Under the pieces are notes generated by a model. That model did no database searches. It was not told the origin of the DNA and saw only the letters and a list, made by a program, of their open reading frames with translations. Both the position numbers and the translations under genes were made by a program. DNA of 64,000 bases from NCBI GenBank assembly GCA_963814375.1, contig CAWFCQ010000007.1, positions 64,001 through 128,000 of the forward strand, written 5' to 3'. Each line of letters starts with the position of its first letter. The first letter of the stretch is position 1. The stretch is from an uncultured Chloroflexia bacterium. Its GTDB lineage: Bacteria > Chloroflexota > Limnocylindria > QHBO01. Positions 9,281 through 19,987 of this stretch are shown here, in pieces.

Positions 9281-10793
9281 TTGGCCACCATCACCGCGCC
9301 CAACGTAGGATCCGAAGCACGGACCTACGACTACAAGATCCCATTCGTGATCGGCGCATCCGCCATCGGCACGGTCATCGAGTGGTACGACTTCTACCTG
9401 TACGCCGTGCTCGCCACCTTCCTGGCGCCGATCTTCTTCCCCGGCGACCCGACGGCACAGGTGCTGAGCGCGCTGGCGACATTCGGCGCCGGCTTCGCGG
9501 TACGGCCGTTCGGCGCGATCGTGTTCGGTCGCATCGGTGACAAGACCGGCCGCAAGGTCGCGTTCCTGCTCACGGTCGCGATCATGGGTGGAGCGACCGT
9601 CCTGGTCGGGTTGCTCCCGGGGTACGCCCAGATCGGCATCCTCGCGCCGATCATCCTCGTCACGCTCCGGATGCTGCAGGGCCTCGCGCTCGGTGGCGAG
9701 TACGGCGGCGCGGCGATCTACGTCGCAGAGCACGCGCCGGATCGGAAGCGCGGGCAGTACACGTCGTGGATCCAGACAACGGCGACTGTCGGGCTTTTCC
9801 TTGCCCTCGCCGTGATCCTCTTCTTCCGCGTCACTCTCGGTGACGAGGTGTTCGCAGCGTGGGGCTGGCGCATCCCGTTCCTGCTGTCGGCGGTGCTCGT
9901 GATCGGCGCGCTCTACATTCGCCTGCGGCTGCAGGAGACGCCCGCTCTTCACGCGGGCCAAGGAGCAGGGCAAGACGTCCGAGTCCCCGCTCAAGGACAG
10001 CCTGGGCAACCGCCGCAACTGGGGGCTCATCCTGCTCGCCCTCTTCGGCATGACGGCCGGACAGGCGGTGGTCTGGTACACGGGCCAGTTCTACGCGCTG
10101 TCGTTCATGACCGGCCCGCTGGGCGTCGGCTTCGTTGACGCCTACACGGTCATGCTCATCGCGATCGCGCTGGCGACACCGCTCTTCATCTTCTTCGGCT
10201 GGCTGTCCGACAAGATCGGACGCAAGCCGATCATCCTCGGCGGCTGCCTGCTGGCGGCGCTCGCCTACTTCCCGATCTTCAACGCGATGAAGGGCTTCGC
10301 CAATCCGATCGCGGAGAGCGATCCGGCGACGCCGGCCATCGCGGTGGCCCAGGACCCGAACCTCTTCGGCCTGACTGCGATGGTGTTCATCATGATCGTG
10401 CTCGTCACGATGGTGTACGGGCCGATCGCCGCCTTCCTGGTCGAGTTCTTCCCGACGCGGGTGCGCTACACGTCGCTCTCGCTTCCCTACCACCTCGGAA
10501 ACGGTGAGTTCGGCGGCTGGCTGCCGTTCATCGCCACGGCGATGACCGCCGCGGCCGTGGCCGGCGGCATGTTCGCGGGGCTGGCAACCGTCACGCCTGG
10601 CGGCGCCATGTTCGTCGGACTCTGGTATCCGATCGCCGTGGCGGTGATGACGCTCATCATCGGCGGCCTCTGGATCCGGGAGACGAAGGACGTCCGGATC
10701 TGGGACGAGGTCGGCGGCCACCACGACGAGGTGGATGTCGAGCCGACGACGACCCACGAGGACGCACGGACCGGCGGCGCACTCGCCGGCTGA
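9281..10793 (+). CDS. MFS transporter, MHS (metabolite:H+ symporter) family; frameshift near 9950
   Basis: GTVIEWYDFYLY, RPFGAIVFGRIGD, GGEYGGA in ORF 9281..10138; second half in ORF 10050..10793; GGAGGTGA RBS before the TTG. Confidence 0.9.
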
Positions 10794-10808
10794 CCCTCCT
10801 CCGCCCTG

Positions 10809-10837
10809 GAGGCCGGCGGCTCCGCCGCCGGTCTCTT
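10809..10837 (+). terminator. Hairpin terminator after the MFS gene
   Basis: GAGGCCGGCGG-ctccg-CCGCCGGTCTC followed by TT. Confidence 0.55.
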
Positions 10838-10873
10838 GGTGTCCGCGAGCCACGATCTGATCTCGTCGGCGGC

Positions 10874-11050
10874 CTCAATCGATCGCGGCGAATTCACCAG
10901 AGACCGCTCCGGGCTGCGTTCCCGCGATGCGTCGCGACCTCACGAGCCTGAGGTGCACCCCGAGGTCCGCCTCGTGCGTGGCAGCCCGCGATGGATCGCG
11001 AGATCACCACCTCAGTCCGCGCTCTGGTGAATCGGCCGTGAAAAATCGTG
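10874..11050 (-). repeat. Dispersed four-palindrome element, copy 2 (reverse orientation)
   Basis: Boxes at 10874, 10923, 10987, 11037; the reverse complement aligns with 6033-6210. Confidence 0.85.
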
Positions 11051-11090
11051 TTGGCCTTCCATCACGCCGCGGCCGGTAGCATCGGGACGC

Positions 11091-11696
11091 ATGCCCGACT
11101 TCATTCCAGCCGTCGCGCTCGCGTTCGGTGCGATCTTCATCGCCGAGTTCGGCGACAAGAGCCAGCTCCTGATCCTCGCCCTCGCGACGCGCTATCCGGC
11201 GCGCCCGGTGATCATCGGCGTGGTGCTGGCCGCGGCCGTGATCCAGGGGATCAGCGTCGCCGTCGGTGCGGCCGTGGGTGCCATTCTTCCCGAGACCGCC
11301 GTTGCCGTGGTCTCGGGCGTTGCGTTCCTCGGGGTTGCCGCGTGGACGCTGCGCGGCGAGGAGGACGATGAGGAGGCAGCTGCCGAGTCGAGCAGCACCC
11401 GCGGCGGCCGCCCTGCCGAGGCGATGATCATCGCGACCGTGGCCGGCACGTTCATCCTCGCCGAGCTCGGCGACAAGACGATGCTTGCGACCTTCGCGCT
11501 TGCCGCCAACCAGGGTGCGCTGGCGACGTGGATCGGTTCCACCCTGGGCGAGGTGGCCGCCAATCTCGTGGCGATCGTGATCGGGCGCCAGGTGGGCCAC
11601 CTGCTCTCGCCGCGGCTGGTCCGCATCGGCTCTGCGGCCCTCTTTGCCATAGCCGGGCTGCTCCTCCTCATTGGCGCACTCGCGGCATCGGCATAG
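11091..11696 (+). CDS. TMEM165/GDT1 (UPF0016) Mn2+/Ca2+ transporter
   Basis: Two signature motifs, EFGDKSQ and ELGDKTM. Confidence 0.92.
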   Translation: MPDFIPAVALAFGAIFIAEFGDKSQLLILALATRYPARPVIIGVVLAAAVIQGISVAVGAAVGAILPETAVAVVSGVAFLGVAAWTLRGEEDDEEAAAESSSTRGGRPAEAMIIATVAGTFILAELGDKTMLATFALAANQGALATWIGSTLGEVAANLVAIVIGRQVGHLLSPRLVRIGSAALFAIAGLLLLIGALAASA

Positions 11697-11728
11697 TTCC
11701 CGGCGCGCCGCCTGCTAAGAGCGAAGCC

Positions 11729-12100
11729 ATGCGCACATCGATTGGGCCTGCATTGGTCATCGTCAACCTGGCGACGGTCGTCATCCTCGTCCTGCTTCTC
11801 CTCCAGACGACCGCCTTGCGCGGCGACCTCGACGAGGCACGCGCCGAGCTCGCCGCGCTGGAGGCACATGTCGCAGGCCAGGAGGGGGATGCGCCAGTGA
11901 GCGAGCTGTCGACGCGCCTCACCGAGCTCGAGGGTGAGATCCAGGACCTGGTCGTCGCCGTCAACGAGGACGCGTCCGCCGGCGCCGGAGGGTCGGGGTC
12001 CGAGTCGGAGGTGCTCGGCCGGCTCGACGAGGTGCTCGACCGCATCGACGCGCTCGACGCGCGCGTGGACGAGATCTGCGAGAACGTGCCCGTCTGCTAG
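11729..12100 (+). CDS. Hypothetical membrane-anchored coiled-coil protein
   Basis: N-terminal TM helix, heptad-rich body, C-terminal CENVPVC. Confidence 0.6.
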   Translation: MRTSIGPALVIVNLATVVILVLLLLQTTALRGDLDEARAELAALEAHVAGQEGDAPVSELSTRLTELEGEIQDLVVAVNEDASAGAGGSGSESEVLGRLDEVLDRIDALDARVDEICENVPVC

Positions 12101-13302
12101 GAACCTTTCTCCCGCACCGCGACGAGCAGGATCGCGGCGGCGACGTACGAGCTGGCCATGAGGCCGAACGCGACCGGGTAGCCGAAGGTGGCGGCCACGC
12201 TGCCGACGACGAAGGCCCAGAAGGCGCCGATGCCGAAGGCGAAGGTGAAGTAGACGGCGAAGGCCATGTCGCGGATCGGCCCGGTTGCCCGGTCGGCGAG
12301 ATAGGCCTGGAGGACGGGCGACTCGCTGAAGACGGCCGTCCCGAACGGCAGCAGCAGTGGAACGAGCAGGAGCAGGTTGGCGCCGGCGAGCACGAATGCC
12401 ACGATCCCGACCGCCGAGGCGAGGTAGTACGCGACGAGCGTGCGGCGGCGGCCGAATCGGTCCGAGAGGATGCCGGCGATGATCGGCCCGACCACCGCGC
12501 CGACCAGCAGCAGGGCGTACAGCAGGTTGACGGTCGTGCTGTCGAAGCCGAGCGGTCCCGCCAGGTAGAGGACCATGAACGGCGCCACGATATCGAGCCC
12601 GCGCCCACCGGCCGCGACCAGCGATGCGCCGAGGATGAGCCGCAGGTCACCGCGCCCGAGCACCGCTCGGAGATGCTCCCGCGCCGACCCCGACGCGCGA
12701 ACCCGTTCGCGGTAGTCGGCGCGGTCCTCCCGCACCGCGATCGCGATCAGGACGCCGATGATCAGCGGAGGGATCCCGAACAGGGCGAGCGTCGTCTGCC
12801 AGCCGACGGCGATCAGAAGTGCCCCGCCCACGAACGGCACGAGGATGGTGCCGATGTTCCCGCCGCTGATATGGGCGCTGATCGCGAAGCCGCGCCGCTC
12901 CTCCGGGTAGGCGTCGGAGAGGAGCGCGTTGCCGACCGGGTGCTGCGGGCTGGCGCCGATGCGCGCCACGCTGATCGCCCCCAGCAGCTGGCCGATCGAC
13001 TGTGCCAGCCCGCCGATGAGCAGGCCGGTGCCGAAGATCACCTGCCCGCCCGCCAGCAGCGCGGGTCGCGCGATGTAGCGGGTCAGGAAGCCATACGCCA
13101 GCTGCATCGAGCCGCCGACCGCGGTCGTGATGGCGATGAAGATGCCGATGTCCCGCGTATCGAGCCCGAATTCCACGCTGACGATCGGATAGACGAGGGG
13201 CATCAGTGCCGACTGGGCATGGATCGCCGCATGCGCGGTGGCGATGAGCGCGAGCGTCAGTCCGGGACGGGTGCGGCTGTTACGATCGACGCCGATGCCC
13301 AC
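12097..13302 (-). CDS. MFS transporter (Fsr-like); start codon uncertain
   Basis: About 12 TM segments, HPVG motif, GILSDRFGRRR. Confidence 0.85.
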   Translation of the reverse strand: MGIGVDRNSRTRPGLTLALIATAHAAIHAQSALMPLVYPIVSVEFGLDTRDIGIFIAITTAVGGSMQLAYGFLTRYIARPALLAGGQVIFGTGLLIGGLAQSIGQLLGAISVARIGASPQHPVGNALLSDAYPEERRGFAISAHISGGNIGTILVPFVGGALLIAVGWQTTLALFGIPPLIIGVLIAIAVREDRADYRERVRASGSAREHLRAVLGRGDLRLILGASLVAAGGRGLDIVAPFMVLYLAGPLGFDSTTVNLLYALLLVGAVVGPIIAGILSDRFGRRRTLVAYYLASAVGIVAFVLAGANLLLLVPLLLPFGTAVFSESPVLQAYLADRATGPIRDMAFAVYFTFAFGIGAFWAFVVGSVAATFGYPVAFGLMASSYVAAAILLVAVREKGS

Positions 13303-13792
13303 CTCAACCGCCGCCAGCCGCCGCAAGGTCGCGAAGAACGGGTCGCTGGAGGCGCCGAGCCTGGAGGCCAGCCTCATCTCGACCGTGGCGCCGCTGATGC
13401 GTCACCTGGTGGCCCACGCCCGCCGCCGTCGGGCATGGAGCGAGCTCACCTACCAGCAGTACAACGTCCTGCGCATGGTCGACACGCTCGGGCCGCAGCC
13501 GCAGGCCGAGGTCGCGCGCCGGCTGATGGTGACCGCGCCGGTCGTCACCCGCCTCGCCTCGACGCTGTCCGATGCCGGGCTCGTCGAGCGCCACGCCGAT
13601 CCGAAGGACCGCCGCGCGGTGCTCCTGGCGCTGACCCCGACCGGGCGTCGTCGTGCGCGAGCCATGCGCCGCGACCTGCTCGCGGCCGCCCACGAGCTGC
13701 TCGAGCCGATCCCGGAACAGAAGCGGGCCGCCGTGGAATCGGCGCTCGAGGAGCTCCAGGTCCTGCTCCCGCAGCATTCAGCGCGTCGCTGA
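13295..13792 (+). CDS. MarR family regulator
   Basis: LTYQQYNVL...DPKDRRAVLLALTPTG; TACGAT 8 nt upstream of ATG 13295. Confidence 0.9.
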   Translation: MPTSTAASRRKVAKNGSLEAPSLEASLISTVAPLMRHLVAHARRRRAWSELTYQQYNVLRMVDTLGPQPQAEVARRLMVTAPVVTRLASTLSDAGLVERHADPKDRRAVLLALTPTGRRRARAMRRDLLAAAHELLEPIPEQKRAAVESALEELQVLLPQHSARR

Positions 13793-15176
13793 AGCGGGGC
13801 GGGCGTCCGCCTTTGCCGGGCCGGACGCGGGCCTGGGCGCTGTCGAGGGTCGTGATCCCCAGTGGTCCCCGTTGGAGCGCGTTGCGCAGCCCGACGGCGA
13901 CGATGCCCACCGTGAGCAGGGAGAGCGCCGCGCCCGCGACGAATGCGGCCGGTGTGCCCCAGGCCTCGGCGACACCGCCGGCAAAGAGGCCGCCGATCGG
14001 CGCCGATCCCGCGAAGACGGTCACGTAGAAGCTCATCACGCGGCCGCGGAGCGCATCGGTCACGTTGGCCTGGACCGTCGCATTGATGGTGTTGATCATG
14101 AGCATGCTGGCGTAGCCCGCGGCCATGATCAGAACTCCGGCCACGATCACGTTCCTGGTGGCGGCGATGGCGATGAGAAGCAGCGAGAAGACGAGGCCGC
14201 CGAACAGCATCAGCGGAATGGCTCGCCGGCGTCGCAGGAAGGCCAGTGTCAGCGAGCCTGCCAGCGATCCGACGCCCATCGACGCATACAGCGCGCCGTA
14301 GGCGTCCGGTCCCAGGTCGAGCACGTCGCGAGAGAACAGCGGCAGCAGGATCTGGAAGTTGAAGCCGAACGCGGCGATGCCGCCGAGCAGGACGAGGCAC
14401 CACCGCACGAGTGGGGTGCGCACCGCGAAGTCGAAGCCCTCCTTCAGGCTGTGGAGGACGGGCGGATGCTGCTCGGGGCGTTCGTGCTGACGGATCTGAC
14501 GCGGGTCCATGCGCGCGAGGCCGATGACGACGGCCGCATAGGTGACGGCGTTGATGCCGAGGTTGACCGCCACGCCGGCGATCGACGACCCGGTCGCGGT
14601 CGTCCCGACCGCGATGATGACGCCGGCCAACGCCGGGCCAACCACGCGCGCGGTGTTGAAGGCCATCGAGTTGAGGGCGATCGCGTTCGCCAGCATCGAT
14701 CGCGGCACGAGGTCCGGCGCGAGCGCCTGGCGCAGCGGCATGTCGATCGCGTTGACCAGCCCGAGCATCAGGGCCATCACCATCACCATCCAGATCTGGA
14801 CGACGCCCGTCGCCGTGAGCCCGAAGAGGATGGTGGCCTGGAGAGCTGCGGCAACCTGGGCCGCGAGAAGCGCGCGTCGCTTGTCGATCCGGTCGGCGAA
14901 CACCCCGCCGAACGGCGCCAGCACCATCGACGGCCCGAACTGGAGCACGGCAACGATCCCAAGCTGGATCGGCGAGCCGCCGAGCGACAGGACCAGCCAG
15001 GGCAGGCTGACCTGCTGCATCCAGGTGCCGATGAGGCTGACGACCTGGCCCAGCCAGTAGAGCCGATAGTTCCGAACGCCGAGCGCCTCGAAGCCATGCT
15101 TCAGCCCGCCGAAGGCCGCCTGGAGGGGCAGCGGGCGCGGCTGGTCGGGACGTGGTGCCGGGGCGTTGTCGGCCAA
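13778..15176 (-). CDS. MFS transporter (DUF894/MFS_3 type); 3' end probably frameshifted
   Basis: RNYRLYWLGQVVSLIGTWMQ, NAIALNS, LRGRVMS; the ORF as given reads through into marR. Confidence 0.85.
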
Positions 15177-15196
15177 CGAGGTCAGCCTCCGCAGAG

Positions 15197-15211
15197 GTTG
15201 CCCATGCTAAC
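15197..15211. promoter_or_regulatory. Putative MarR operator (imperfect palindrome GTTGCCCATGCTAAC)
   Basis: Similar to the palindrome at 16602; lies upstream of the MFS start at 15176. Confidence 0.45.
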
Positions 15212-15228
15212 AACCGCGAACGCGGCCG

Positions 15229-16599
15229 TCATGCCGCCTGGCGGAGGGCCTCCGGCTCGGCCGGTTCCCGGAGCCGGGGCAGCGTCGCGCCCTGCAGCTG
15301 CCAGGCGACAACGGCGAGGACCCCGGCGGCCAGCAGCGCGCCGATGCTGAAGGCGACCGGCGCGCCGAACGCCTGGGCCAGCACGCCGGCGAAGAGGCCG
15401 CCGATCGGCGCGGTGCCGGCGAACACGGTCACATAGAGCGCCATCACTCGCCCGCGGAGCGCATCGGGCACGCTGTTCTGGATGGTGACGTTGATGGTGT
15501 TGACCATCAGCATCGCGGCGAGGCCGATGCCGGCGACGAGCGGGAAGACGACGAGCGGGCTGCGCACGAAGCCGAGCAGGAAGGCGAGCGCCAGAAAGAC
15601 GGCGCCGGCCCCGACGATCAACCGCAGCATCGGCCGCTGGCCCGTCCTGAAAGCAAGTGCCAGCGAGCCGATCAGTGAGCCGGCGCCCATCGTCGCGAAG
15701 AGCGCGCCGTACGCGCCCGAGTCCAGTCCGAGCGTGTCGCGCGTGAAGATCGGCAGGAGCGTCTGGAAGTTCATGGCCAGCGCTGCCACGCCGCCGAGAA
15801 GGACGAGTGGCCACAGAACGGTCGGCGTGGCGCGCGCGTACCGCAGGCCTTCGGCGAGGCTCGATCGCACGGACGGGAAGCGCACGGGGCGAGGCGCGCG
15901 ATACAGGGCGGCAGGATCGATGAGGAACAGGCCGACGAGGACCGAGATGTAGCTGATCGCGTTGACCCCGAAGTTGCTTGCCACGCCGAAGACCGCGATC
16001 GTCACGCCCGCGACCGCCGGCCCGACGACGCGGGAGAGGTTGAACGAGGTCGAGCTGAGCGCGATCGCATTCACGAGGTCACTTCGCGGCACCAGCTCGG
16101 CGACGAACGCCTGGCGCACGGGCATCTCGATGGCGTTCACGAAGCCGGCAACCAGGGCGAGCGCGTAGACGTGCCAGATCTCGACGACGCCCGTCGCGGC
16201 GAGGCCGAAGAGGACCGAGGCCTGGACCATGGCGACGAGGTTCACGACGATCAGCGTTCGCCTCTTGTCGAGCCGATCGGCGAGCACGCCACCGAGCGGC
16301 GCGATGACCATCGACGGGCCGAACATGAAGGCCATGACGAGGCCCAGCTGAAGCGGTGAGCCGCCGAGCTGAAGAACGAGCCACGGGAGCGCGACGGACT
16401 GCATCCAGGCGCCGACGAGGCTTCCGATCTGGCCGAACCAGAAGCGCCGATAGTTCGCGTGGCGCATCGCGCTGAAGCCGCGGCCCAGCCCCTCCTCGCG
16501 CTCGTCCGCCGACGACGCCGCCCCTGCGGGACGGCGCTTGCCCTGCGCGGGTGATGGCTTCGCGCCCGTGATGCGGCGCGAGAGGTCGGTGATCGTCAT
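15229..16599 (-). CDS. MFS transporter (DUF894/MFS_3 type), tandem paralog
   Basis: ANYRRFWFGQIGSLVGAWMQ, NAIALSS, LRGRVMA; clearly paralogous to the adjacent MFS. Confidence 0.9.
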   Translation of the reverse strand: MTITDLSRRITGAKPSPAQGKRRPAGAASSADEREEGLGRGFSAMRHANYRRFWFGQIGSLVGAWMQSVALPWLVLQLGGSPLQLGLVMAFMFGPSMVIAPLGGVLADRLDKRRTLIVVNLVAMVQASVLFGLAATGVVEIWHVYALALVAGFVNAIEMPVRQAFVAELVPRSDLVNAIALSSTSFNLSRVVGPAVAGVTIAVFGVASNFGVNAISYISVLVGLFLIDPAALYRAPRPVRFPSVRSSLAEGLRYARATPTVLWPLVLLGGVAALAMNFQTLLPIFTRDTLGLDSGAYGALFATMGAGSLIGSLALAFRTGQRPMLRLIVGAGAVFLALAFLLGFVRSPLVVFPLVAGIGLAAMLMVNTINVTIQNSVPDALRGRVMALYVTVFAGTAPIGGLFAGVLAQAFGAPVAFSIGALLAAGVLAVVAWQLQGATLPRLREPAEPEALRQAA

Positions 16600-16601
16600 T
16601 C

Positions 16602-16616
16602 GTTAGCAATGCTAAC
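16602..16616. promoter_or_regulatory. Putative MarR operator, palindrome GTTAGCA-A-TGCTAAC
   Basis: Perfect 7-bp inverted repeat 2 nt upstream of the MFS ATG. Confidence 0.6.
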
Positions 16617-16749
16617 AAAGTTCCGCGGCTCCTTCAAACGGATCGAAGGACGAATCCAGTTGAGCATCACCGCTCTGATCGGCGATGATGTGCGCACGAC
16701 ACGATCGGTTCGCCAGGCCCAGGAGATCCCGATTCGGAAGAAGCGGCGC

Positions 16750-17994
16750 ATGCCCGCCCTCCGGCCGATACCCCGCGCCCACGTTGCGGCCCTGCTGCTC
16801 TCGCTGCTCGCCGTCCTGGCTCCCGACCTGACGCTGGCGCCCGCGATCGCCGGCGAGCCGCTGGGCGGGCCGAGGCCCATCGACGATTCGGCGCTGCCGG
16901 TCCCGCTCCGCGTCCCCCACGAAGCGGATACCCGGACCGCCGGCGCTCCGGCCCCGGCGCCGGCTCCCGCGCCCGCGCCGGTCCAGACAGAAGTTGCCGA
17001 CGCCGCTCGCTACAAGTCCGCGCTCGACGCCGCGCGCTCGGCGGGATTGGCATACGGGGTCACCTTCGCCGCGGTCCGCGACGGCGAGCTGCTGTGGGCG
17101 GGCGGCATGGGACGGCAGCGCGACGGGCGCACCGAGCTTGCGGCGGACAGCCCGCTCGTCATCGGCAGCGTGACCAAGACCTATGTGGCGGCCACGGTCC
17201 TTCAGCTGGTCGAGGAGGGGCGGCTCGGCCTCGATGACGCGGTGGGCATGCACCTGCCCGAGCTGCGCGGAGTGGCGGGCAAGACCACGGTGCGGCAGCT
17301 GCTCGATCACACCAGTGGACTCGCCGACGTCTTCAACGACACGACGCGGAAGGGTCTCGAGGAGCATCCGGAGCATGCCTGGACGACCGAGGAGGTGCTG
17401 GGCTCGCTCCACGCCCCGTGGTATCAACCGGGCGAGGGCTGGGCGTATGCCAACACCAACTACTACCTGCTCAGCCTCATCGTCGAGCGCCTCACCGGCG
17501 CCACGCTGGCCGATGAGCTCGAGCGCCGCTTCTTCGGCCCGCTCGGGATGGAGGCGACGCGCATCCTGACGCCGGCCGACGCCACGGGCCCCCTGGCGCC
17601 TGCTTGGACCACGATCTTCTGGGGCTCCGGGGCGATGAGCGCCTCCGCCGCCGACGTCGCGCGCTGGGGTGACGCCCTCTACGGCGACAGCCTGCTATCG
17701 CCGACCAGCCGGCGCGCGATGCTGGACCTCAACGACAACGACTACGGCCTCGGCGTGCAGCGTATCGATCTGCCCGGGCTCACCGGCTACGGCCACACCG
17801 GCCTGCTGAACACCTACACCACGCTGCTACTTCACCTGCCGACCGAGCACGTGACGCTCGCGCTGCTCGTCAATCGCAGCGACGTCGACCTGTTCGGCAT
17901 GCTCCTCGCCCACCCCGCCAACGGTGGGCCATCGCTGCTCGAGCTCGCCATCGGCCACGAGCTCGTGCCGCCCGAGGAGCCTCAGTCGCCGTAG
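16750..17994 (+). CDS. Secreted serine hydrolase, beta-lactamase class C / D-Ala-D-Ala carboxypeptidase-like
   Basis: GSVTK (SxxK), YANTNY (YxN), GHTG; signal-like N-terminus and an (AP)n linker. Confidence 0.88.
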   Translation: MPALRPIPRAHVAALLLSLLAVLAPDLTLAPAIAGEPLGGPRPIDDSALPVPLRVPHEADTRTAGAPAPAPAPAPAPVQTEVADAARYKSALDAARSAGLAYGVTFAAVRDGELLWAGGMGRQRDGRTELAADSPLVIGSVTKTYVAATVLQLVEEGRLGLDDAVGMHLPELRGVAGKTTVRQLLDHTSGLADVFNDTTRKGLEEHPEHAWTTEEVLGSLHAPWYQPGEGWAYANTNYYLLSLIVERLTGATLADELERRFFGPLGMEATRILTPADATGPLAPAWTTIFWGSGAMSASAADVARWGDALYGDSLLSPTSRRAMLDLNDNDYGLGVQRIDLPGLTGYGHTGLLNTYTTLLLHLPTEHVTLALLVNRSDVDLFGMLLAHPANGGPSLLELAIGHELVPPEEPQSP

Positions 17995-19647
17995 AGGATC
18001 TCGCGGATGACGGGCATCGGCGGGGTGCCGTGGCTGATCACCGATTCGAGGAATGGCCGCCATGAGAAGGCGTCTCCCGACCGGCGGCGAGCCTCGCGCT
18101 CGAGCTCGGTCATCTCCACGCTTCCCGAGGAAGTAGGAGCACAGCTGGGTCGAGCTGAGGCGCGCGCGGTTCCACTTCTCGGCCGCCTCGGAGCGCTCCT
18201 GGAATCCACCCTCGACCATCAGCGCCATCGCCTCGTCCTCGGTCATGGACCCGGTGTGGATGCGGATGTCCATCAGCGTGTTGGTGGTGGCGCGCAGGAA
18301 GTACTTCCAGTGGGCGAGCATCAGCGCCGGATCGTCGGCGCCGTAGCCGGCGTCCATCATCACCTGCGTCACGTACACCGCCCAGCCCTCGGCGAAGACG
18401 CCGGAGCCGAAGACGGCGCGCGCGAGCGAGGCGCATCGGTTCGACCAGGCCAGCTGGAGGTAGTGTCCGGGAACTGCCTCGTGGATGGTGAGGACCCGGA
18501 GGGCGCGGCTGTTGTTCTCGCGCAGCATCGACTCCACCTGCTCCTCGCTCCAATCCTCGGGCGGCGGGGTGATGGCGAAGAAGCTGTCGAGGCCCTTGTC
18601 GAGCGGCCCGGGCGGGATGAGCATGGCGCCGCCGAAGGCGCGCAGGAACGGCGGGGTCCAGATGATCTGAAGCGGCTCGTCCGCGAGGCCGATGAGGTCG
18701 CGCTCGCGGATGAACGCCTCGATGCGCTCGTGCTCGCCGCGGCAGAAGTCGAGCAGATCGTCGGCCTTCGGGTGGTCCTGGCCGATGGCATCGAGCACGC
18801 GACGGGTGAGCACGTCGCCGTCGTCCGGCATCGGCTCGTCGCCGACCCAGGTCGGCCACAGCTCGCGCGCGATGCGCAGCATCTCGGCACGGATCTCGTC
18901 GTAGGCAGCGGACGCCCGTCGCTCCAGCTCGGCCGGCGTGACGGTGGCCTTGAGCGAGTGGTGGAACTTGCTGGCGTAGAGCTCGGCACCGAGGCGGAAG
19001 TCGCCGTCGGCCTTCGGCAGCAGCTCGTCGCGCAGCCAGACGGTGAACGCATCGATCGCCGCAGTCGCCCCGTCGGCCGCGGCGTCACGCGAGCGCGCGT
19101 CTGCTCGTCCGCATCGGCGGCCATCTCGACGGCGGTGCGGCAGAGGTCCGCGATCCCCGGGATCGTCTCGATCGTCTTCTCGGTGTGGAAGGTCGCGACG
19201 GCACGGCCACGACCGGAGCCGAGGTTCTCCCGCGCCGCGCCGAGGGCGTCCGGGATGCCCTCCATCCGCCCCGCCGCGCTGGCCAGCCGCTGGTCGAGCG
19301 GCGCGAACTCGCGCGTCAGCAGGCCGAAGAGGCCGGCGCCGAGAAGGTAGGTGTACGAGATCGGGTTCCATGAGAGCTCGTCGAGCTCCTCCTCGTCGAA
19401 TCGCAGCTCGTCGATGGTGGCGAGAAGGACGCGTCGATCGATCTCCTCCTCGCGGCTCAGTCCATCGGCCGCCTCGAGGTCCGACCGAGCCTCGGCCAGC
19501 CACGCGAGACGCGCGCGCGCCGGCTTCGGACAGGTCCGGCCAGCGATCGTCGTGCTCGTGGTTGCCCGCCTCGGTGGCGTGGATCGGGTAGAGACGGAAG
19601 AAGTCGGCGAAGAAGGCGTCCTGCGCCTCGGCGAAGCTCGATGTCAT
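17982..19647 (-). CDS. DUF885 family protein; several frameshifts
   Basis: HEAVPGHYLQ, FAEGWAVY, STQLCSYFLG; pieces spread over ORFs 17827..19695, 18369..19265 and 17982..18209. Confidence 0.85.
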
Positions 19648-19739
19648 CCGCGCATGGTGCCAGACGGCGCGACGGCCGCGATCGGTCGTTGGCAAGGCGC
19701 CGGGCGGGCCCGAGCTCGCTCACCGCGGTCGTGATCTGG

Positions 19740-19850
19740 CCCAGCGACGACGAGGCCGCTCGCGTCTAGAGCCGATCCGTGATGTCGCGACGACGAGATC
19801 GAAAGCTCCCGGTCGCCCTGTTGCGCCCGTCGCACGAGATTCCGCTCCAT
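19740..19850 (-). pseudogene. 5' remnant of an ECF sigma factor
   Basis: MERNLVRRAQQGDRE-AFD matches the N-termini of the neighbouring sigmas (MERELVQRAMHGDEEAFD), then homology stops. Confidence 0.65.
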
Positions 19851-19987
19851 CCCTGCCTCGTTTGCGGTCCCGAGTGGGTCCGCCTGCCATGTGTGAGTCG
19901 CGAGCCACCAAAGTCTCGGAATCGAGCCGCGGCGGCCAGCGAGCCGATCGCCGGATGAGTCCGACAGCCGTCCGCAGAATCGGCACG

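Noticed and set aside
16750-17994. Bona fide beta-lactamase resistance gene
   Set aside because: Motifs are shared by the whole serine-hydrolase/PBP family; no specific evidence for beta-lactam hydrolysis
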